A stretch of 50,632 nt of DNA, counting the filler, from Streblomastix strix (taxonomy: Eukaryota): the NCBI GenBank assembly GCA_008636045.1. It is 3 parts of 3 records of this genome, joined end to end, with 100 filler letters (N's around TTAATTAATTAA, not from the genome) between each part and the next. Parts side by side here need not be neighbours in the genome. Positions count along the whole stretch, not along the records: positions 33,826 to 50,632 come from SNRW01000765.1; 2 more parts are not named here. One strand, 5' to 3'. The notes under the pieces are model-generated. The model was not told where the DNA came from. It saw only the letters and a program-made list of their open reading frames with translations, and ran no database searches. Below, one piece after another: positions 38,363 through 50,580 of this stretch. Position 1 is the stretch's first letter. Each line of letters begins with the position of its first letter. Both the position numbers and the translations under genes were made by a program.

Positions 38363-41300
38363 TCACGTTTTGTGCACGCGCCGGCCTCCGGGTGATCCCG
38401 GTAGTTTGATGCCCGAAGCGCTACCCTGGAGAGTTGACGCTAGGGTGCTGTTTAGAAGCGCTTGTTCCTCATCTATGCGCTTCTACTTCTCTTGAAGATC
38501 CTTTAGCGCGGTTGCTAATCCGCCGCTTGCAGTTTCGATGCCAGTGACTGGGTCAATGGTGAATTCCTTGTTTATTGGAGTAAGACCCGCTAAACAAGCT
38601 TCATCCGTGCGTTGAAGTGTTTTGATGCGCAATTTGCGTTGTGTGGATTACGCTCTCAGCTTCTCATTGAGTTACTGCGAAGCTCGACCTTTCTAGAGGT
38701 TGTTCAATTCGCGCTAAGCGCTTTTGTATTTTGTTTCCTTCACTTCCTCATGATCGCTAGAGCTCTCTTCTTCATCTTTGTACTCGCTATCTGAGCTCTA
38801 TTTATTTATTTCTGCATCGCTATTTTGGCGTAGTTGCTCTTCTTCTTCTTCTTCTTCCATTACTTCGTATTCTACTTCGTCCGGAAGCTGCTTTTCCATT
38901 AGCGTGTTTTGTGTATGTTGTGGTGGCTAACTCTCAGCTTTATGTAGAGCAAAAGCAGCTTGGCTCGTGTTGCGCTAGGAACGCTTAGTAGTGTTAGATC
39001 TTTGAGTGGAAGTTCTTGCAGGAGTTGCTGGGCGCTTTTAGCTTACTTTCTTGTTCTTTTCCTGCTTTTTGGCGAATATTTTCTTCGCTTCTACTAGCTT
39101 CTAGTTTATAGCGCTTTCTTTCGCTCCCATAGTGACATCAGCGCTTTCTTAATATGAATCATCATTATCATGGTATGATGATTATGATGATGTGGTGGAT
39201 GATTTCGAGCTTACAGGTTGGGAGATTGGTGAAAGCGGAATTTGAATGTCATCTTAGATTGCCACAGGAGAATGATGTAACAGTTTTGGATTAATTTAAG
39301 TTTGTTATTCATTCTCAAGCTGTGACAGCGGGACAATGGCGGTGTTAGTAGCTGGTTGTTTTTGTTAGTGCTGATCGCGCTTTTTAGGCACTGCAGGTGT
39401 GGTGGCAGGCTTTGAAGCGTGAACAGAATCAGATGGAGGAGCAATAGCGGGCATTTAAGGATTAATTTAAGTTTGCTGCTATTACTCGATCATCTATTGG
39501 GCGGTTGCGCTTTCCGCTTATGATGGAGGTTGCTATTGAATTATTAGCACATTCAATTGCTGATTAGTGACAGAAACGCTATTTTGGATGGATAGCGTGT
39601 TTTAAACGATGCTTAGGGCGGGAGGGAGATTCAATGGTGGTGGAGGCGGATCAGGCGGATCAGGAGGCTTCTCCTCCCTAAAGTATTCGCCATCCTTTGT
39701 GATCTCCATTTGCTTAGGGCCAGTAGCGCGTGGGATCAGGTATTGTTATTACTCTGGAGTGGGCAAAAGCGCTTCAACCTCAACCGCTTCTTGCGCTTTC
39801 TCCACTTGCTTTGACATTGCTGAAGGTGTGTATGAGAAGTCAGCTTGTTTAAGCTTTAGATCCCTTGCAGCTTTCCTTTCCGCTTTTCTGATGTCTTGCT
39901 CAAGGCTCACATTGATTGGCTTCTCTTTCGTGCCGCTTTTAGGATCTTGGAGGATTCCTTGGCCTTTGTTTTTCTTTCCTTTTTGGAATGTAGCTTTCTT
40001 AGCGCTTTTGGGAGTTTCCTTTTCAGCATTCTGTTGTATCTGCTGTTTATGGTGCTTTTGAGCGACTCTATTTGCGATTCCAGAGTCCATAGACGCAATG
40101 ATGTGATCATCTTCATATAGAGGCTTGAAAGCGTGGATCAGTTGCGCTTCTTAGATGGTCTGAGCTACTGAAGCTAGTTATTCGCGCTCGCGAAGCTCAG
40201 CGTTGTAGTTCTTTTGTGAGATCGCATGAATTTAGCCGCGGAAGAACGCCCTCATTCCCGCATCCGCTTTCTTGATGATACACATCAACTCCTTCTTGAA
40301 TTAGCTATAGTTGATCTTGATCCCGTGTATCTTAGCGGATTGCTTCAGAAAGCCCATTAGCTCTGCCATGTTTGGCCCGAAAGTGCCTCTAGTAGTTACG
40401 CACACGCCAATGCACTTGAAGTTGTTGTAGCGTTCGAAAGCAGCGTACTTTAGCGCTTTCTCTTTTTCAGCGCTTACAGCTAGCGCTTGAGGATTCATTC
40501 CACGTGCAGTTAGCGCATCCTCATCTTTGATCACAAGGTCGAACGCTGCTTTACATGCGTTGCCATTGTATGTATGATCTAAGCCGCCAAGAAGCTTCCG
40601 CTGGAGATCGTAGGGCTGTCCAAGCGTGTCCCATGTAAAAGTCCAATCTGGGACGATGATTTCCGTTTTCCCATCCTCCGCGTACTTGGCGATCCCCGGT
40701 TTCTCATATTCGATGAACAGCTTGGGGATTTAGCGGAATTCGTCGATGATCACGCGCTTTCCGAGTGTATGGCGCGTTGTGCGCATTGGTCCGTTGCATT
40801 AGCAATTAGTTGGGTGATTTTGCTCCCATTTGTTACCACATAGGGGACATTTAGCGTCTGCGTTCTGCCTCGTAAGCGTGACATATTCGTGTTTCAGCTC
40901 CATGTCACCTTTCTTTGACAAAAGCGTATCATCTACCGCTTCGGTGACTTCTGGGTCCAGTAAGCGCGTTCTTGCTGAACTCCCAACGCATTAGTAGTGT
41001 GCTCCACTCAGACTACCCAAAGCGGAATATTGCAGACGCATGGCCAGCTTTTTATCTTTTACTTTGGCCTGATTTATCAACTTAGCGCGCTTTTGCTCTA
41101 TTTCGATCATCCAAAGCGCATGCTAGCTGATCTTCTTCTTCGCTACTTCTAGCTTTTGCTAAGTTTCATACCATTGCAGGAGAAATTCGAAAGTGCGAGA
41201 TGAGTGATTAGCGCTTTCTCCTATCTGTTCGATGCGATCTTGCCATCCATCCATTACGTTGCGAATGTGCATGATTCCGGCACATTGCAGAAGCTCCACT

Positions 41301-44300
41301 AGCGTTGTGTCTTGAATGATTCGGTAGTAGGATGACATCAGCGCGGGTTGTTCGATATCGAGTAGTGCTGGAATTCCCAACCCGCCTTTCTTGATGGGTA
41401 AGTTCATAACTTCTGGCATTGCATCAGATTGCGCTTAAGTAGCGTTAGTAACCTTGAGGTAGTGTTTAGTATCAAATTCTACTAGTAGATCGTGGCTTAC
41501 GCGCGTTAGTTGAATGAAGCGCGTTAGGCGTGATACTATGCAAAAGCGATCTACATTGAGGAAATTTTGCGTGTAGAGTAGGGATGATACATCATCAGCT
41601 TAGAGCGCTTTGCTGGCTATTTCGATGAATTCCTGATCGCGCACTTCCTGAGATTGAGTAACAGGGATTCCGAGCACCTTCAGGAACGCTTTGGCTTGAA
41701 TGCGACCTTTATCAGTTACGATGTCGCCTTCATTCGGGTTTATGGTTCCATTCTGCACCCATAGCGCTTAACACTTATTATAATTGAATGACATGTGGAT
41801 GGATTCCAATTCGCGCTCAGCAAGCTCAATTAGCGCTTTTGCTTGCTCTCTGGATGATGGTAAGATGAAGAGATCATCCATGTATGAGAATATGCCAGGC
41901 AACCACTCTGTATAGTTCCCGATCGTTCGTGGCTGCGCTTTTTCTTCAAAGTCCCTATGCTTAGCTTCAATGATCGCGTTTGTTAGATTAGCAGTGATGA
42001 TCGCGAAGTTTGCTGGCGACATAGGGTTGCCTTGAGGAACGCCAGTTGTGCACTTGATCTTTAGCGCTTCAGCAGTGGTGAAATGAAACAGCTACTGCTT
42101 TTAGAAGTATTGAGCCATGTACGACAGCCCAATGTCTGACATTTGCGCTTTTGCAAGTGCCTCCATCAGCTGCTACCAGTCTACGTTGTCAAAGGCGCCC
42201 GAGATGTCAGTTTGGATAATTATCAGCTCCGATTTCGGATTTTCCAAGATAGCGAGTTTGGAAACATCGATAGCGGTTTGAAGCGTTGCGATAATGCGCT
42301 CACCGCCCCACGGCTTTCTAACTCCGTTCTGCGTTTCCGGGATGCTCTGCTTATACGCGCTATCTTCTAGGTGCAGAATGATCTTTGCCAGCAGTTTGTC
42401 GAACGCTTCTGGCACACAGATCGGCCGCGGCTTTTCTTTCCCAGGCTTCATTATTCCGATAGCGGATCCTACGAACATGCACTTTGGGAAGAAGAGCGCT
42501 TTTAGCATAGCAGAGAAGAATTCATATAGAAGGCGGGCATATGATTAGTTCTTGTGCGTCAGAAGCTTGATTGCGTCCACGTTCCATCCTGACGCACCCG
42601 CCGCAGATCCGCTTTTCAACGATGAGATCTGCTTCATGAAGAATTCGAGTGTGAATTTCTCGATTAGCGCTTCTGGGTGAGGAGCAGCTTCATCTGGCTT
42701 AGGCTTGTTGACTACGCCATTTCCAGTTTGCTTATGCAGCTATTAAAGCTTTTGATAAGTCTCCTCGCACTGTGGAAGTCGCTCAGCGCCTTGTGCAGTG
42801 TCGAAGATGTGCGCTGTAGCGTCGCCAATTTATCCACGCGTGCATTTAGCGTTCGCTTGTGTGATAGAGGATTCGGTTATTTTAAGGATTTGCTCTGCTG
42901 AGATGATCGATTTAAGTTTCCCAGTTTCTAACTCTGCAGAGCGGTATCTGATCACTTCAGCGCGTTTAGCAGCCAATTAGCGCTTATGAAGCGGAGGTTG
43001 GAGGAACGCTTGCTCTCCTATTGCTTAAGCTTGTTCCGCTCCATTGAACTCAAAATCTTCAGAGTCGCTATTTTGTTCTTCTTCAGGATCGTTTTGCATT
43101 TCTTATTAGAAGAACGACTGAGGCGCTTTCTTGGGTTTTTCTTCTTCTTTCTTCTTCTTATTCTTCTTCTTCTTGCGCGTGAAGCGCATTCTCTGTCGAT
43201 CTCGATCAGCGTCTAGCTTATCATGGATGAAATGCTGCACTGAGAACAAAAGCGCGCAAGACTTTTCAGCTTCTTCTCTTCTTAGCGCTTTATCTTCCTC
43301 ACTAACCGCTAAAGCTATTTGTTCAATGTCGGTGATAGCTTATAGAAGGAGAGGAGCGGATAGCGATTGCAGGATGTTGCAATACGAGGTGTTATCGCGA
43401 TCGTTCCAATAAGTTCTTCCTCGTATCGCTGGATCGATGATTTACATATCCTAAGCGCTGATTTCGAATCCGTATGGTTTGAATATCGCTTTGCGATCGT
43501 GATTGATGGGAGTGATGATTGGTTGCGCTGTTGGCTTGTCGATGAAGGCCAGCGCTTATGCATCGTGCTTGTTCCACATGAAGGTGTTAGTTTTCACCTG
43601 AGGAGTCGCTATTATGTTTCTTGGAGCTTTCATTCCACGCTATTAGCTCTCTGGGAGTGGTGGAAGCGGCAAGTTCAGTACAGGCATATGTTGAATAACC
43701 GCTTTTAGCCATTCATTATATTCGTGGAAGATTGCTGTGTTATCAATGCGTGCAAAAGCGTATGCACCGTCTGGATCATCATCATCCTCGTCATTTTCAT
43801 TATTGGATGATGAATTAGTAAAGAAGCGATCACATTCATTCTTTCTATTCTTCAATTAGCGCCTGTAGATGTCGAAATCCATATCATTTAAGAAATACTG
43901 GAAGATGGGGATATGGATTTGCTGATCCGCTTTTGAGCCTCCTTTTAGACCTTTTGAATGATCATTGCTGTTGTCGAAGTTGATGGCTATCTTTTTAGCG
44001 TTCATGGTGTATGTTTTGCCATCGATGATTGAAGAAGTTAAAACTAGTGGAGGAACTAGCAGCTTAGATGGAAGCGCGCTTTTCTGGAGTTCCAATTCTG
44101 CGCTGTGTTGTTCCTGATGGATTAGCTCGCTTAAAGTCATTCCATTCTGGTTTGCATTGATATTCAGCGCTTCCCAGCGTCTCTGATTGCGATCCTCATC
44201 AGAAGCGAGCTCAAATAGTAGGATTGGGCGGATGAAGCGCTACCTTGTTGTAATTTCGCCTCCTGATAGCAGCTTGCATTACGACATCGTGAATAAGCGC

Positions 44301-47300
44301 GATTCCCAGATACGCTTATCTTCGTTATCTCGCACAGTAAGCGCTGCTCGTTCGAATAGTGAAGAATCTAGCGCTTAGCGTAGTTCTACCAGGTTGTGTC
44401 TTCTGACTAGCTCTCTTATCAAGTCGATCGGGAGGGGTGCATCAAAATCAGCGGGCGCAAACAGCTCTATTGGTAGAGGGAATGGGATCTCGTAGAGCTT
44501 AGCGCCGTAGAAGCATTGGTTGAAGATTGTTCTGATGTTCGAATATACGCCTGATAGCGTCTGAGTAGCAAGGAAGGATAGTAGTGCTAAGTTAGCGTAT
44601 ATTTCTTCTTCCGTGAACGGACTTCCAGATATGATGTCCTTAGCGCGGCTTGGGGTTACGCCCATTATGTATAAGATTCCGCCATAATGTGTTGCCTGCG
44701 CTAAAAGCCGTATACAGTTGGCTGTGCGCGCTATTAAGCGGTAATCCGAGAACAGAGGATCCATTCCCGCTCTATCTGGTAGCGCGAGTGTTGATAGCTA
44801 TTGGATCTCGAGGGTAGTAGCATCTGGGTTCTGCATCTTGACTTCTTTCACGTACCAGGAGTTTAGCTCAGGTTTCCACTCTTTGAGGAAGATTAGCGCT
44901 ATTTCAGCAGTAGTGTGAGGAATTCGTAAGCTTCTGTTAGCAGCGCTCAAGATGTGCGTATGCTAAGTTGCTGATAGCGGGAAGCGCTTTTCTAGCTCGT
45001 TGAGTACTTTAGGATGAATCCATTGTTTCTCTCTCGCTTGAAGCGCGAATTCGAAGAGCTGAGGTTGATTACGCGCTCTTCCTAGTACCAACGGAGACAT
45101 GATGATAGCGGGCGCTTAGTTGGTAGTGCGCCAGTCCTCGTGGATCATGTCGTAGCGCTCAGTGTCCCAATCCGCGCATCTAGCGTTGCGATTGCACTCA
45201 TTACATGTGTATGTCAATTGGTTCGGGACTCGAAGCTTGAATGGGAGCTATGGATCCACTGCTTCATCTTAGATCGGTAGCGAAGTGATAACAGTGTAGT
45301 GGAATATCCCATTCTGCGCTTAATGGACTCTTCTCGTAGTGATGATGCCACCTTCTGGCTTTCTAGGCTCCTATGGCGTTTCAACAAGGGTAGCATCGCC
45401 AAATAGCTCAAATTAGAAGGGTGTTAGATACCGCGCTAAAGGCATGAAGAGAAGCGGCATTGGAGGTTTAGGTAGTGGAGGAAGTGGCTTTATGTTAGCG
45501 CTTTCAAGTTCTTACTCTTAGTTTTCCCGCTCTAGCTCGTCGATCTCATCATCCTCCTCGTCGTGAAGCGGTTTATATCCTCTTCTGCGTTCCAGCTCTT
45601 CTTCTCTCTCTTTCCTGGTTTTGCGCTTTTTAGGCGCTTTATGAATGTTCTCAAGCTTTGGAAGCTTTAAAGCGATTGGGAATCCCATGATTTGTAGATC
45701 CTGCTCAGTTACAGCGGAAGCTGTGTAAGTTAGCTAAGGGAGGTTGTAGTTACATGAGGAAGAAGATGATGATGATTATGATAAAGGTGAATTTAGAATT
45801 CCAGGTCCCATGGCATTCTCATAGCGCTTTTAAGAAGATGAGTTACCATAAAGCGCTAAGCGAGCTTCTAGAGGTTTGAATATAGGCTATGAAGCGTCGA
45901 AATCCACTTAAGATGAAAGTGGAGATTAAGTTCTAGATATTGAAGGTGAGAAGCTGAAGACTTGCTAATTTGGTGAATTATATGGATTCAAAGTCTAAGA
46001 AGCGCTTTAAGCGATGTACTAATTGACGCTCAGCTATTCTCCACCCATTTAGCGGGTAGGAGAGGATTACAGTATCGATTGCTATATAGATGGAGTTGAA
46101 GGAGATGAAAAAGTCGTATCATTATTAACTTATAGCTAAGAAGAAGCAGAAGAGAAAGAACATCCGCTTTGAGATGATACGATTGCTCTATCACTCTGAA
46201 TAGGTGTAGTGACAGCATCTGAAGCTTACTGCTGCTGTATCTCAATTTCGGGTTAAGGATCAGGTTAAGCATCAGTATCAGGTTAAGCATCAGCATCAGC
46301 ATTGCTTAGCTTTGGAGTTGTCTAAGCGCTTAATGAAGGTGATTTAGCGCTTTAAGGATCTTATTCAGCGCTTTATGAAGATGACTCAGCGCTTTGTGAA
46401 GTACTATCAGAGACTTAGCGTGCTTCTTAGGTGATAAGCGCGCTTTGTGTAGAAATCTCAGTGATTTGGAGCGCTTTTTAGGTGATAAGCGCGCTTTGAG
46501 ACGAAGATGATTATGCTTATGCATTATTAGTGATGTTCTCGGAGCTACGAGGAGTTTGAACATGATCATGATCATGAAGTTGTGTATGTGATTGATGATG
46601 ATGTTCAGAAGCGCTTTACTCCTATATAGTAGAAGAAGAAGAAGAAGAAACTGCGGTTTCATTTGTGTTGGGCGCTAAAGTAGATGAATCTTTAGCATTT
46701 CCTATCGAAGCAGTAGATACAGATGGCTCTAAGCTAGATTTAGCTTTGGAATGAATTTTGCTCATGAGGGTGGGATGAGAAGATAGACCAGCGTTGCTAA
46801 GCTAATTCTCGCTCAGAGCGGGAATTTAGCCTTCTGCCACCAGCTGAGCGTGCTTCGAACGAGTGACTACGTTGCTCAGCTGTTGTGCTCGGGACGATGA
46901 TGACGTGACACGCTTTGCAAGAGTAGAGGCTAAAGCCTGCTGCGAAGCTCCCGACGCCGCTTCCGCGTTCTGCCCCGCGACGCTCGATACTGCTTCCTTG
47001 GGCTCGCTGATCAGCACTCGTGTGCGCGAGTCCCCAGCGTCGTTCGTCGTGTGTGAAGTGCTTTGGACTGCGTCCGACCTCTCCGTCGGACATGCACCGC
47101 CGCCAGGAGCGCCAAAACTCTGCGCCGCTCCCTCTCCTGGCTTCCCGCTATCGGCACCACCCTCGATAGCGTTACTAAGCTGAGCTACCCCAGACTCGCG
47201 GGTAGTCAGCACCGGAGTTTCGGAAGAGGCCACAGCACTCGATTCCGCCGGTTTTCCCGAAAATGTCCCCAAGCTCCCGGGGCCAGTGCCCGCGTACTCA

Positions 47301-47359
47301 GTTGATAGTGTTGAGATGTTACTGCCACCAGGGTCGAACTCTCCGCGCTACTCACTCAT
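38363..47359 (-). CDS. Giant single-ORF non-LTR retrotransposon protein, 2998 aa (RT + CCHC knuckle + restriction-like endonuclease; CRE-like)
   Basis: I scanned the frame and found no in-frame TGA between ATG 47359 and TGA 38363. Motifs: AAGASGW, KPRPICVPE, QNGV, DISGAFDNV, GVPQGNPMSP, YMDD (41873-41884), VLGIP, LPIKKGGLGI, CPLC-x8-H-x3-C, RH..E..PD..D..EKEKALKY, TTRGTFG. Confidence 0.95.
46240..46510 (-). repeat. Coding tandem repeats in the N-terminal low-complexity region of the RT ORF (DA/QP repeats and ~21-bp QSA repeats)
   Basis: CAGGTTAAGCATCAG repeats, and AGCGCTTT recurring at ~21 bp in 46325-46500. Confidence 0.6.
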
Positions 47360-47669
47360 TGCCGCGAAGCTTAATAAGGGGGATACCGCCAAAATTAAAA
47401 ACCCGCCCGGACCTTAATGGGGACAAACCAATAAAAAAATTTAAAACAACCAAATCAACATCATTTCCAATTTTAATAAAAAAAATCAATTCTATAATTA
47501 TAAACAATCATTTTTTATTAAACAAAACTTAAAAAAAAAAACGGCGTATAGTCCGTCCTTATTTTGTAAAAAAAAAAATTTTTCGACTTTGTACTATTTT
47601 CGCTTAATTTTCCCATATATGACCTCATCAATAATGTTTTATTTCGTCATATTTAGTAACTATTGACAT

Positions 47670-48719
47670 CATGCACTACAATAATAACAAGCAATTAGAT
47701 ATGTCATGTCAACTGGTTATAAAAATTAAACATATTTAAAAAATTTTGCAAAAAATTAAAAAAATACCTCTGGTGCTCACAGCCTTATTGAATTCATGCT
47801 CCATATTACACTTAATAATGTATATAAATAAATAAATATATCATTTAAATCATTGTCAACATTACTGGATACATACCCGAGATAAAATTGGGAATTTTGA
47901 AATTTGTATCAAATCTACCCAGACTTACCACCAATAATCACGACAACAACCATTAAGCAAATCTACGTTCAATTCTGTATAAAAATTAAATAAATATGTA
48001 TAAATATTAAAATTAAATATAATTCAACATTATTGTAAACATACTCGGGCGCCAAATATGAACCCAGAAAATTCAAATTATCGAAACTTCACTTAAGTCA
48101 CCTTGATACATCAGGGATATATTCATATCACTATGAAACCTATTAATAAATAATTAAATGTATTTAAATAAATAAATTAAATAAAAATAAAATATATTAT
48201 TAACCTTATCGCTTGCAAAATGTCGAAATTTAAATTTTCATTCAAAATTTCCCTGCAAAACTTCACCTCGCCCAGCCATCCCCACCCACCGAATCTGGGT
48301 TGGATAAAGTATAATAAATTAACATATTGGTATATAGTATACATATAAAATATAGTAATACTTTAAATATATATATACGATATAAAAAATTAAAAATTTT
48401 ACCTTTTTCCCCATGTTTGCAGAATTTTCCAGGATTTCATGTATGCTCCCATCAATAACCATCCAGGCAACACTGGGTGACGTTTTGTTTAAAAAATAAA
48501 GAAAAGGCAAAATAAATAATAAATAAATTAAAATAAATAAAATTAAAAGATACCTCGCGAAGCTAGAATGAAAATTAGTCATTTTCGTAATTTTTCACAG
48601 ATTTTGCCCAGCGTCTGTTTAGTAAATAACAATAAATATTAAAAAATTCATTTAATTATTATAAAATATTAAAAATAAACATACTGGAACATGTTCATGT
48701 GAAACCAGTAGTAGCCCAT
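47670..48719 (-). other. Multi-intron transcription unit without a continuous ORF (spliced leader/lncRNA or pseudogene); exons 48685-48719, 48554-48614, 48403-48472, 48205-48294, 48045-48139, 47877-47974, 47768-47810, <=47712
   Basis: Seven AT-rich segments bounded by GT...AG on the minus strand alternate with GC-richer exons. Exon 48045-48139 has TGA in all three frames. Confidence 0.5.
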
Positions 48720-48733
48720 TCGTCGATTCTAGA

Positions 48734-50030
48734 ATGTCAAAACCTAACAAGCAGCCGTGTGCCCAATATCCATATTTATTATAAAATATTTTAAATAATT
48801 ATTATATATGTACACTAGCATACCAAAACAAGGTCAGAAACCACAAAAACGATCCAGGGAGGTGTCAAACCTGGGAATTGATTTAACAGCCGAAGCCGCA
48901 GCACAGGCAGCGCTGATGGACGCACAGTAGTCCGAAGCGGACAGCGAGCAGTCTGTCCAGTCCAACTCTGAATAGCAACAGGAATAAGAGGTATAAAATT
49001 AGAAAAAAAATAAATTTATAAATTTTTACCTTTTTTTTGGGTTTTTGCGCCGCAGAGCGATGAGGGCAGTCAAGAAGCGCACGCTACCAGCGATCATGAT
49101 GACGACACAGCACCGAAGACGCACACGCCACCCACAATTGGCGATCCAAAGCGCTCCGAGATGAAGAAAGATGATCAAAGCGGATCTTCCTCAGATCCTG
49201 CAACTTTGGCAATTCCCCACGCTCCGGGCACGAAAACAATATCGAATTATTCACTTGAAGTTGCTGATGGGATAGTAGAAGGTATATACGAGGTCGATCT
49301 ATAATATATATTAATGAATTGTTATATATTTTTAATAATTTAAAAAATATTAATATTTTAAATAGCTGCCACACTTTTGTTCATTGGGCGCACAAACCAG
49401 CCACCGATCGTCCAGCAGATGCCTGAGTTCGTCGAGCTCTTCGCGGCACAGAAGTAGTAAGCGAAAGACATGATGCGCATGCTTGGGGACGCTGACGGGC
49501 GGGAGCACGTTCCGATAACTAAATTCATAGCGAACTCGACCCAGATGTCGAGGAAGCAGCCACTGGAACCGCTGGTTGTCAACCTGGATGAAGAGTCAAG
49601 CGATGAAAGCGATGCTGTTGGGCTTGGAGTGGGCGCGAGCGGGGATGAAGCTGATATCAAGATGAAAAAGAAGAAGATGAAGCGCGAGATTGAAGCTGAT
49701 GATGACAACAAGGTGAATGAATCTGGCAAAAAGCGCGTGAGGAACAGCAGAAGCAGCAAAAGCGTGGATCTGAGCGCGCTCGAGCGGTAGAACAGCGCTT
49801 TGGAGCGGTTGCAGCAGTCAATGGTGCCGGACGCGGGGGAAAAAGCGCTTACGCTTGAGCAGTAGATGAGTATTGATGCAACTGAGGATCTTCAGAAGAA
49901 AGATCTGCTGAGAAGGATATATAAGCAGCAGAACGAGTTGGAAGCGCAGAAAGCGGCCAACTCGAGCGCGATGGCGGCGATTCTGGCCTTGCAATCGAGC
50001 CAGAATAGCGCGAAGAAGGGTTCAAAGTGA
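48734..50030 (+). CDS. Unknown low-complexity protein with basic patches and a C-terminal coiled coil, 361 aa; exons 48734-48756, 48819-48990, 49056-49281, 49366-50030
   Basis: Three GT-AG introns with consistent phases give MSKPNKQPIPKQGQ...KMKKKKMKR...DLLRRIYKQQNELEAQK...GSK-TGA. Confidence 0.75.
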
Positions 50031-50235
50031 GTATGAGGATTATGTGGGGGAATTTTTAATAAGGCTTTTTTTTTATCAATTATCAAGAATATGAGTTATT
50101 TGCATATTTCTTATGTTCTAATAAAGCAATAACGCTATTTGTAAATTATTTTTGAATTTTTTTTATTATTGTATTAAAATAGCGCGATGGTACCAGTGAG
50201 CAAAAATCAGACCCCATAAAAAGCGGGGGAAAAAA

Positions 50236-50580
50236 ATGTCAACTTTCGCGCAGTTTGAGCTGGACGTCCAAAACGTGCTTGTGTAGCAGCAGAACCACTA
50301 CCAACCCAATGGTAGTAAGTCGTTCAGCAATGAAGCGAACGACCATCGCGGTATGCGCTAAATTTTAAATTTTTTTTTAATTTTTTTTTATCTATTTCTA
50401 GACATCAAATGCAATTACAGAAATTGCAAGTAAGTGATAAAAGGTGACTGGAACTACAAATATCATACGCTGCTTCACCATGGGCAGATGTACTACGTCT
50501 GCCCAAACAGCAAATGTGCAGCGCTGTTCCTCACCGAAACAGCAGTGCATGCCCATATCCAATATTGGCATGCACAGTTG
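50236..50580 (+). CDS. Two-finger C2H2 zinc-finger protein, 135 aa; exons 50236-50350, 50402-50580, completed by 33973-34086
   Basis: CNYRNC-x12-HTLLH and CPNSKC-x12-HIQYWH. GTATG donors. The second intron crosses the terminal repeat. Confidence 0.82.

Larger units (their letters stand above)
37150..47430 (-). mobile_element. RLE-type non-LTR retrotransposon core (true boundaries unresolved; may comprise the entire 16.68-kb unit)
   Basis: Intact RT-RLE ORF, short GC-rich structured 5' region, repeat-rich 3' region. No clear TSD or poly(A) end was identified. Confidence 0.75.

Noticed and set aside
47325..47345. GTTCGACCC B-box/T-loop-like motif on the minus strand (possible tRNA or snRNA target gene)
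   Set aside because: No cloverleaf, no properly spaced A-box, and no recognisable U2, SL or rRNA sequence nearby.
39600..47540. Many plus-strand and alternate-frame ORFs in the supplied track overlapping the RT gene
   Set aside because: Shadow ORFs of a GC-richer coding strand with no recognisable motifs.
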